This document shows positions 9,155 to 22,409 of a stretch of DNA of 22,409 bases, one piece after another. Origin of the DNA: an uncultured Candidatus Rokubacteria bacterium (GTDB lineage: Bacteria > Methylomirabilota > Methylomirabilia > Rokubacteriales > CSP1-6); assembly GCA_963747235.1 (NCBI GenBank), contig CAVVEU010000042.1, forward strand, positions 1-22,409. Reading direction: 5' to 3'. The stretch's first letter is position 1, and the number at the start of each line of letters is the position of its first letter. Under the pieces are notes generated by a model. That model was not told where the DNA came from. It saw nothing but the letters and a program-made list of their open reading frames with translations, and searched no databases. Position numbers and translations under genes: made by a program.

Positions 9155-11434
9155 ATGCGAACGACGCGAACGGTACGATCCGTTCTCGCGGGGCTGCTGG
9201 TGCTCGCGGCCGCGGGAGCCGCCGCTGCCCAGACGGCCGCTCCCACCGAGACGGCCCCTCCCATCGAGATCGGCGGCTTCAGGCTCGAGGGATACGGGGA
9301 GGCCGGAGTTCGCTTCTTCCGCGAGCGCCCGACGCAGAAAGAGAGCGCCAAGTTCGAGGAGTACCGAGACATCAACCAGGGGCTCTACCTCCAGGGCCTG
9401 TGGCTGCGATTCTTCACGCCCGATGAGAAGTACTCGGGCGTGATCGGCGGCCGGCAGTGGGGGCTGCAGGACCAGGAGTACCACCTGAGCTTCGAGCGGC
9501 TGGGTCGGTGGGAGGCCGGCTTCGAGTGGGACCAGATGCGGCACATCTTCTCGACCAATGCCCGGACGCTCATGAACGAGACCAGTCGCGGGGTCTTCGC
9601 GCTGCCGAACCCGCGCCCCCCGCTCATCAATTACAACAACGGGCGGAGCATCGACGAGATCAGCGTGCGCTGGGATACGGCGCGCACGTTCCTCAAGCTC
9701 AGCTTGTCCGAGAACGCGGACCTGTTCGCCGAGTACACGCGCATCCACAAGGACGGCGAGCGGCCCTTCGGCATGGCGTTCGGCAGCCCCGGCGGCAGTG
9801 CCTTCGAGGTCCTGCAGCCCATCGAGCACACCATCCACGATTTCCGGCTGCGCGGGACCTGGGCCACCGAGCGATGGCAGCTCCAGGCCGGCTACACGAT
9901 GTCGATCTTCGTGAACGACCTCGCCTACGTACGGGCCGACAACCCCTGCAATCCCGCACCGGCCCCCGCTGCCCCGTGCCCGGCGGTGGGAAACACAGGG
10001 CAGTTCGGCACCGTCTCGCTGCCGCCGAACAACATGGCCCACACCTTCAGCCTGCAGGGCGGGGTGAACCTGCCCATGCGCACCCGCATCAGCAGCAACT
10101 TCACGTATAGCCTGAGGCTCCAGAACGACGACTTCCTGCCCCAGACGAGCACCAACAGCCTGGTCCTGTCGAACCCCAGTCTGGCTCTGCCCCAGAAGAG
10201 CCTGCACGGCAACGTCCAGACCATCCTGTTCAACCTAAACGCGACGAGCCGGCCGCTGCCGATTCCCGTCACCTTCGGGGCCAAGTACCGCCTGTACGAC
10301 CTCATCGACAACAGCGATGTCGTGAGGTTCTCCGACTTCAACATCAACGATCAGAACACCATCGCGCGCGGGCCCCATTTCTCCCAGCGGTTCAGCTACA
10401 TGCGCCAGAACGCGGACCTGGATGCCCGCTGGCAGATCGCGCGGCCCGTGGCCCTCACGCTGGGCACGGGATGGGAGCGGTGGGACCGGCCCGAGACTCG
10501 CGAGGTGCGGGTCAGCGACGAGTTCTTCGCCAAGGCCGCCCTGGACGTGACGCCCGCCGACTGGCTGATGATCCGGGCCACGTATCAGCCTTCCATCCGT
10601 CGGATCGACGAGTACAAGACGTTTGCCCTGGCCGCGGTGGAGCAGAACGCGGCCCCCGGGGAGCCGGGCCAGTCATACCTCCTGCGCAAGTACGACGAGA
10701 GCGACCGGGACCGGCAGCGCGTGGACCTCATGATGCAGATCACGCCGACCGAGACGTTGACAATCACGCCGTCGGCCAGCTACCGGTTCGACAACTACAT
10801 CGCGACGGGCCTGAAGCACGACGCCAACGGCCTTGGCCAGAATGGAGCCATGCTCGGCCTCCAGCAGGCGGTCAGCTGGTCGGCCGGGATGGACGTGAAC
10901 TGGACCCCGGTGGAGCGACTCTCCTTCGCCGCCGGGTACATGCACGAGTCCAACTTCCAGAAGCAGCGCTCTCGCAACCGGAACCCCGACGATCCGGCCC
11001 TCGACTGGATCTCGGACAATACCGACACCGTCGACACCTACCACGCCTCCGTGACGGCTCGGCTGATCCCGGGCAAGCTCGATCTCAAGTTCGCCGGCAA
11101 CTATTCCTATGCCCTGGGCCGCGTCGAGACCTGGAACCCCAACGCCAACGGCAGCACCGTCTACAACGCGGTCGCGAACACCAACCAAGTTGCCAGGCCC
11201 TGGCCGGCCTTCGAGGACAGCCTCCTGCGGCTCGAGGCCTCCCTCAGGTACCACTTCGGGCAGGTCTGGACCGCGAGCCTGAATTACGCCTACGAGTCGT
11301 TCCGCAAGCACGACTGGCGGACGGACACCATCAATCCGTTCGTCCCGGGCAACTCCGCCGTCTACCTCGGCAACGACCTGAAGAACTACGAGGCCCACAT
11401 CTTCGGCGTGACGCTCGGCTACCACTTCAAGTAG
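9155..11434 (+). CDS. mtrB: MtrB/PioB-family outer-membrane beta-barrel
   Basis: 759 aa; signal peptide; KFEEYRD near the N-terminus, LPPNNMAH, alternating beta-strand pattern, C-terminal LGYHFK; directly follows the decaheme gene. Confidence 0.93.
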   Translation: MRTTRTVRSVLAGLLVLAAAGAAAAQTAAPTETAPPIEIGGFRLEGYGEAGVRFFRERPTQKESAKFEEYRDINQGLYLQGLWLRFFTPDEKYSGVIGGRQWGLQDQEYHLSFERLGRWEAGFEWDQMRHIFSTNARTLMNETSRGVFALPNPRPPLINYNNGRSIDEISVRWDTARTFLKLSLSENADLFAEYTRIHKDGERPFGMAFGSPGGSAFEVLQPIEHTIHDFRLRGTWATERWQLQAGYTMSIFVNDLAYVRADNPCNPAPAPAAPCPAVGNTGQFGTVSLPPNNMAHTFSLQGGVNLPMRTRISSNFTYSLRLQNDDFLPQTSTNSLVLSNPSLALPQKSLHGNVQTILFNLNATSRPLPIPVTFGAKYRLYDLIDNSDVVRFSDFNINDQNTIARGPHFSQRFSYMRQNADLDARWQIARPVALTLGTGWERWDRPETREVRVSDEFFAKAALDVTPADWLMIRATYQPSIRRIDEYKTFALAAVEQNAAPGEPGQSYLLRKYDESDRDRQRVDLMMQITPTETLTITPSASYRFDNYIATGLKHDANGLGQNGAMLGLQQAVSWSAGMDVNWTPVERLSFAAGYMHESNFQKQRSRNRNPDDPALDWISDNTDTVDTYHASVTARLIPGKLDLKFAGNYSYALGRVETWNPNANGSTVYNAVANTNQVARPWPAFEDSLLRLEASLRYHFGQVWTASLNYAYESFRKHDWRTDTINPFVPGNSAVYLGNDLKNYEAHIFGVTLGYHFK

Positions 11435-11456
11435 CGGAAGCTGCGGTCTCGATCTC

Positions 11457-11493
11457 CTCGCCGCCGGATGGCTTCCGGCGGCGAGCGTGTTTC
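11457..11493 (+). terminator. Strong hairpin after mtrB, probable intrinsic terminator or stabiliser
   Basis: Perfect 12-bp stem CTCGCCGCCGGA (11457-11468) / TCCGGCGGCGAG (11474-11485), loop TGGCT, followed by a weak CGTGTTTC tail. Confidence 0.6.
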
Positions 11494-11524
11494 GCATGGC
11501 CTTCGCGTCACCACGGGGCGAGCG

Positions 11525-12370
11525 ATGAGTCGCATCAAGGAGATCAAGCGCGGCCTGGAAGCGACCGCGGAGGCGATCGAGGTCCTGGACGCGGACCTGG
11601 CGGCCGGGAGGCTCGACGGCGATGAGCACCGCCGGCGGCGGGCAGAGCACGAGCGCGAGGGGGGTCGGCTCTTCGTGAGTCTCCGCCGAGCCCAGCGCGA
11701 AGGCGAGGGGCGCCGGACCGGGCAACCGGCGGTGCCGGCGGAGCGACGGGCAGGGTGGCTCTGGAGTCCGCCGGCGATCGTCGCGCTCGGCTTGCTCTTG
11801 CTCGTTGTCGGCGTCGGCGCCGGCGTGCTGGGCGTTCGATGGCTCGGCGGGCGCCCGGGGGCCGGCGCGCCCGCCGCGGCTCCGCCGGCCCCATCCGGAA
11901 GCGGTCCGTCTGCGCTCATGAGCGACATCGAGCTCGGGGCGCTCCGGCTGGCGGCCGCGCGTGAGGACACGCCGATCCCGAGCCTGCTCCAGCTCGCGCA
12001 CGGCGCCCTGGACCAGGGTCACCTCGACGAGGCGCGCCGCGTCTACGGGCGTGTGCTCGCCCGGGAGGCCCGAAACGTGGAGGCGATCACCCACCTGGGA
12101 GCCGTTCTCAACCAGGAAGGTCGTGTCGACGAGGCTCTGGCGAAGGTGGAGGAGGCGCTCCGCATCGATCCCTCCTACATCCACGCCCACTGGGACCGCA
12201 CGCAGTACCTCTTCTATGGCAAGCGGGATTTTCCCGCGGCTGTCAAGGCCGCGGAGGCGTTCCTGCAGGTTGTGCCCAATGGGTCGGACGCCGAGAGCGT
12301 CCGCAAGCTCATGGGAGAGGCGCGGGAGCAGGCTGGCAAGCCTGGCCGCCGTCCGGGCGCCGGAGGCTGA
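11525..12370 (+). CDS. Membrane-anchored TPR protein, CcmI/CycH-like cytochrome c maturation factor
   Basis: N-terminal IEVLDADLAAGRLDGDEH resembles the CcmI cytoplasmic segment; one TM helix; Pro/Ala linker; TPR repeats (GHLDEARRVYGRVL, GRVDEALAKVEEALRIDP). Confidence 0.72.
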   Translation: MSRIKEIKRGLEATAEAIEVLDADLAAGRLDGDEHRRRRAEHEREGGRLFVSLRRAQREGEGRRTGQPAVPAERRAGWLWSPPAIVALGLLLLVVGVGAGVLGVRWLGGRPGAGAPAAAPPAPSGSGPSALMSDIELGALRLAAAREDTPIPSLLQLAHGALDQGHLDEARRVYGRVLAREARNVEAITHLGAVLNQEGRVDEALAKVEEALRIDPSYIHAHWDRTQYLFYGKRDFPAAVKAAEAFLQVVPNGSDAESVRKLMGEAREQAGKPGRRPGAGG

Positions 12371-12477
12371 GGCGCGGCAGCCTCACTGTGGCGTCAGGGC
12401 ATCACCGCTATCGGGGCTTCGTTCGCCGGCAAACCCAGTAATGTCACGAGCTTCCATCGCTTTCCACCCAGGTCACA

Positions 12478-12493
12478 CGGCATTCGGTTTGCA
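12478..12493 (+). promoter_or_regulatory. Sigma-54 (-24/-12) promoter
   Basis: CGGCATTCGGTTTGCA has GG-N10-GC with TTGCA, and ends 26 nt before ATG 12520. Confidence 0.65.
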
Positions 12494-12519
12494 TCGACCT
12501 GTTGCAAGAGGTGAGGCTC

Positions 12520-12858
12520 ATGGACTGGCCAATGGGATATGACGGCGCGGATATCCAGGCGTGGGCCGAGAGTGCGGCGAGTATATATTGGTGGCCATTG
12601 TTCGCCTGGGTTGCCGGCGCCGTGATCCTGTTCTTCTTTGCCGTCTTGGTCACCAGCTTCCCAGCGCGCCGCCGTTTCTGGTGCGAGCAGGCCGGGCGCG
12701 AGGTCGAGGTGCAGTTCGAGGAGGACGGACCGCCCGGTCTCCGGCGATTCATCGCCGTGGTGAGTTGCACTGCCTTCGAGTCCCCGACGCATGTGCAGTG
12801 CCATCGCACCTGCCTCGATCGCGACGTCCACAGTCTCGAGGCTCGGTGCCGGGCGTGA
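12520..12858 (+). CDS. Small membrane-anchored Cys-rich hypothetical protein
   Basis: GAGG RBS; TM helix WWPLFAWVAGAVILFFFAVLV; RFWC...VSCTAF...CHRTC; GTGA overlap with the next gene. Confidence 0.72.
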   Translation: MDWPMGYDGADIQAWAESAASIYWWPLFAWVAGAVILFFFAVLVTSFPARRRFWCEQAGREVEVQFEEDGPPGLRRFIAVVSCTAFESPTHVQCHRTCLDRDVHSLEARCRA

Positions 12859-13490
12859 GGAGAGCCGGCCTCTGGGTGCTGGGCGTTCTCCTCGTCCTGG
12901 TCGTGTCTTCCGGCTTTCTGGTCGGGAGTTACGCACAGACAACGCCGCTGCCGCCGGGCCATCCCCCGGTGGGCAAGGGTGAACAGGCTCCCCCGATCCC
13001 CGGACCCCCGCCTGGTAGTGGCAATGGCAGCCGGGAGCTCACGTGGATGGTGCCCTCGGGCTGGACCAAGGAGACCCCGTCGTCTCCGATGCGTCGCGCC
13101 CAGTATCGCATCCCGGGACCGGGTGGCCCCGGGGAGTGCGTGGTGTTCTATTTCGGGCCCGGGCAGGGGGGCGACGCGAAGGCGAACGCGGCTCGCTGGA
13201 CAAGTCAATTTCGGCGGCCGGACGGAAGTCCGGTGGGCGATGGCTACAAGATGCAGGAGACGAAGGTGGGCGAGCTCGCCGTCGTCTTGGTGGAGGTCGC
13301 CGGCACCTATGTGGGCGGGATGGGCGGTGGACCCGGCGGCCCTGAGCGCCCGAAGTACATGCTGCTGGGTGCGATCGCCGACGGACCCGACGCCAAGTGG
13401 TTCTTCCGGGCCACCGGCCCTCAGGCCACGCTCGAAGCGCAGCGCGCGGCCTTCAACCGCATGATCCGCTCGCTCAAGCGGTCCCCGTAG
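12855..13490 (+). CDS. Exported conserved hypothetical protein with LPPGHPP motif
   Basis: Signal peptide ending SYA-Q; LPPGHPP; WMVPSGW, SSPMRRAQY, VFYFGPGQGG, ANAARWTSQF, WFFRATGP. Confidence 0.78.
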   Translation: MRRAGLWVLGVLLVLVVSSGFLVGSYAQTTPLPPGHPPVGKGEQAPPIPGPPPGSGNGSRELTWMVPSGWTKETPSSPMRRAQYRIPGPGGPGECVVFYFGPGQGGDAKANAARWTSQFRRPDGSPVGDGYKMQETKVGELAVVLVEVAGTYVGGMGGGPGGPERPKYMLLGAIADGPDAKWFFRATGPQATLEAQRAAFNRMIRSLKRSP

Positions 13491-13512
13491 CACAGTCTCC
13501 AGTTGGTTGTCT

Positions 13513-13528
13513 CGGCACCCGGTTTGCG
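13513..13528 (+). promoter_or_regulatory. Sigma-54 (-24/-12) promoter-like motif with no clear downstream CDS
   Basis: CGGCACCCGGTTTGCG has GG-N10-GC. Confidence 0.5.
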
Positions 13529-13538
13529 CGTTGCTCCG

Positions 13539-13655
13539 ACGATGACGGAGCTGGAAAAGCAGCGGCCCGGTGGACAGGCGCGATGGCCGTCCGCCGGGCC
13601 GATGTGCGGTAGGCCTGCTTGGCCCGCTCGCGTCCCGGCAGTAGCCGGGACCTTG
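13539..13655 (+). ncRNA. Candidate structured small RNA or leader
   Basis: Starts at the position expected from the sigma-54 motif; 13-bp stem 13563-13575 / 13589-13601; perfect 8-bp stem 13632-13639 / 13644-13651. Confidence 0.3.
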
Positions 13656-13912
13656 GTACAGCGTGCCGCTCGACGAGCCCTATCGGTTGACCAAGCCCCG
13701 ATGTGTTCGTCGCGACCAGTAAACTCCGCGCGCCCTCCGCGAGCAATGAGCCTGCTGCATCAATTCCTTGGTCATGTCGGCTCATGCTCCTGACTCGCCC
13801 CCTGAGGCGGCGCCTCCCCATCTGGGGCCCCATCGCACCACGCCCCTGGTGCTCGCGGTCACGGCCCGATGGAAACCGGATGCGAATCAGCTGGTTGGAC
13901 AGCACGCTCGGT

Positions 13913-13928
13913 CGGTACCTTGCTTGCA
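13913..13928 (+). promoter_or_regulatory. Sigma-54 (-24/-12) promoter
   Basis: CGGTACCTTGCTTGCA has GG-N10-GC with TTGCA, upstream of ATG 13971. Confidence 0.55.
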
Positions 13929-13970
13929 CATTCTCCAGGCCGACCGGGTCAAACACAGGGAGACCATGGA

Positions 13971-14633
13971 ATGCCAGCAAGGAGCCGCAGGAAGGTGTCC
14001 GAGACGACGGAGCTGGCGGAGATGCTCGCCGCGACCGCCGACGGCGGCTTCGCCATCGACGCGGAGGGCCGGATCGTCCTGTGGAACCGCGCGGCGGAGC
14101 GCATGCTCGGCTACACCGTGCGCGAGACGGTTGGCCGGCGGTGCTGCGATCTGCTCATGGGTGATGACGAGAATGGCAACCGCCTCTGCTGCCGGGGCTG
14201 TCATATCGTGGACCTCGTCAAGATGCGCACCCCGGTGCACAGCTTCGACATGCGCACTCGCACGAAGACCGGGTCTGCCATCTGGGTGAACGTCAGCACG
14301 CTCCGGGTCTCGAGGGACGGAGCCGGCGACAGGACGGTTCATCTGCTTCGCGACGTGACCGCGACCCGGGAGATCCTGGCGCTCATCCGGGAGCGCCTGG
14401 CAGTCCCCGCCGCGCCCGTGCCCGCGGCTCCGGACGGCACCGGCGCGCTCACTCGCCGCGAGTTCGAGATCCTGCGCGTCATCGCGACCGGCGTCAACAC
14501 CAAGGACGCCGCCGAGCGCCTCCACGTGAGCCCGGCCACCATCCGCAACCACGTCCAAAACATCCTGGGCAAGCTCGGCGCTCACAGCCGGCTCGAGGCG
14601 GTGGCCTACGCGACCCGCAACCGCCTGATCTGA
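13971..14633 (+). CDS. PAS domain plus LuxR-type HTH transcriptional regulator
   Basis: GGGAG RBS; PAS pattern IDAEGRIVLWNRAAERMLGY; LuxR HTH LTRREFEIL...AERLHVSPATIRNHVQNILGKLGAHSRLEAV. Confidence 0.92.
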   Translation: MPARSRRKVSETTELAEMLAATADGGFAIDAEGRIVLWNRAAERMLGYTVRETVGRRCCDLLMGDDENGNRLCCRGCHIVDLVKMRTPVHSFDMRTRTKTGSAIWVNVSTLRVSRDGAGDRTVHLLRDVTATREILALIRERLAVPAAPVPAAPDGTGALTRREFEILRVIATGVNTKDAAERLHVSPATIRNHVQNILGKLGAHSRLEAVAYATRNRLI

Positions 14634-14891
14634 GCCCTCGCGGCGTTGTCACCCTCCGGAGCCGAGCGACCGCCTCCCCGTTCCGCCTCGCCGGTCCAGC
14701 GGTCGCCCTCATGTGGGTCGCGCTCGGCCAGCAGCGGCCACTTGTCAATAGCCACGACTTGGCCGGCTGCGACCATCGTGAGGCGGCCGCCGACGCCCGA
14801 GTACCCCAGTGGGGCGGAGCGTCCCCACCACCGTCCCTGCCCGGCAGCGCGAAAGTCTCCGGGAACATTGGATAACCGGCGGTCGGGCGCC

Positions 14892-14907
14892 CGGCACGCA
14901 GTTTGCC
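14892..14907 (+). promoter_or_regulatory. Sigma-54 (-24/-12) promoter of the CBS-gltA-radical SAM-nifJ operon
   Basis: CGGCACGCAGTTTGCC is a near-consensus GGCACG-N4-TTGC about 60 nt before ATG 14969. Confidence 0.65.
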
Positions 14908-14968
14908 CCGTGCCTTCTTAGTAAGTTGGTGCTCGGCGGAGTGGGACGAGATCGACGGAGGAAGGCCA

Positions 14969-21412
<6,444 letters not shown>

Positions 21413-21416
<4 letters not shown>

Positions 21417-22409
21417 TCGACCTCGTCGACGCGTACCTGGGGCTGTCCCTGCCGAACCCGCTGGTGGCCTCGGCGGGGCCCCTGTGCGAGAGCCTCGACA
21501 ACATCCGCCGATGGAGGACGCGGGGGCGGCGGCGGTGGTGCTGCACTCGCTCTTCGAGGAGCAGATCACGGTGGAGAGCTCCCACCTCGACCGCGTATCT
21601 CTCCCACGGCGCGGAGAGCTACGCGGAGGCGCGTGACCTACTTCCCGGACATGCAGAGCTACAAGATCGGCCCGGACGCGTATCTCGAGCACATCCGCCG
21701 GGCCAAGGCCGCCGTCCGGATCCCGATCATCGGCAGCCTCAACGGGATCTCCACCGGCGGCTGGACCGGCTACGCGCGCAAGATCGAGGAAGCCGGCGCC
21801 GATGCGCTCGAGCTGAACGTCTACTACATCCCCACCGACCCGGACATGACCGCCGAGGAGGTGGAGCGGCGGTACGTGGACCTGGTGCGGGATGTCAAGG
21901 CGAGCGTCCGCATCCCGGTCGCGGTCAAGCTCGGCCACAGCTTCAGCGCCCCCGCCAACCTCGCGCGCCGCCTCGACCGGGCGGGCGCCGACGCGCTGGT
22001 GCTCTTCAACCGCTTCTACCTGCCGGACTTCGATCTGGACAACCTCGAGGTCGTGCCGCACCTCACGCTGTCGAGCTCGTACGAGCTGCTGGTGCGGCTG
22101 CACTGGGTCGCCATCCTCTACGGTCACGTCCGGGCCGATCTCGCGGTCACCGGGGGCGTGCACACCGCCGCGGGACGTCCTGAAGGCCATGATGGCGGGC
22201 GCGCGGGTCGCGATGATGACCTCGGCGCTGCTCCAGCACGGCATCGAGCACCTCACGGCCGTGCGGGAAGGGCTCCTCGCCTGGATGGAAGCCCATGAGT
22301 ACGAGTCCATCCGGCAGATGCAGGGCAGCATGAGCTACCGGTCGGTTCGCGAGCCGGCCGCGTTCGAGCGGGCCAACTACATGAAGGTGCTGAGCTCCTA
22401 TGCGCTCCG
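21413..22409 (+). CDS. Dihydroorotate dehydrogenase-like flavoprotein (4 apparent frameshifts; runs off the window end)
   Basis: [72 protein letters not shown]; ATGA overlap with nifJ. Confidence 0.88.

Noticed and set aside
13503-13793. 96-aa ORF in the intergenic gap
   Set aside because: No clear RBS, no recognisable motif and atypical composition; it cannot be fully excluded.
14190-14204. CxxCH (CRGCH) in the PAS-LuxR protein as a heme c site
   Set aside because: The protein is cytoplasmic with no export signal, so it was not counted among the heme motifs.
600-14968. FNR/CRP boxes, a recurring AGTA word and the GTCGCGAC palindrome (8125, 13709) in intergenic regions
   Set aside because: I found no TTGAT-N4-ATCAA match, and the short words are within chance expectation.

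Overview
High-GC bacterial window with every real gene on the + strand. Bases 737-11434 hold a near-contiguous respiratory cluster: tetraheme c, membrane-anchored nonaheme c, Rieske protein, cytochrome b, diheme c, c7-type triheme, NapC/NrfH-like nonaheme, periplasmic nonaheme, MtrA/DmsE decaheme and MtrB/PioB porin. By my count that is 46 c-heme motifs, forming a candidate quinone-pool-to-cell-surface electron conduit that includes a Rieske/cytochrome b complex and has no MtrC in the window. Upstream is a DUF411/CopG-like gene whose first conserved Cys codon is an in-frame TGA followed by a SECIS-like hairpin (candidate selenoprotein). Downstream are a CcmI-like TPR protein, two hypothetical proteins, a Cys-rich PAS-LuxR regulator and an operon of CBS protein, gltA, radical SAM/SPASM, nifJ and a DHOD-like gene. 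Four sigma-54-type -24/-12 motifs occur at 12.5-14.9 kb, one of which points at a structured non-coding stretch. About 23 frameshifts, mostly +1, fall in the two ends of the window and look like long-read sequencing errors rather than pseudogenes. All family assignments come from motif recognition by eye, with no database searches.
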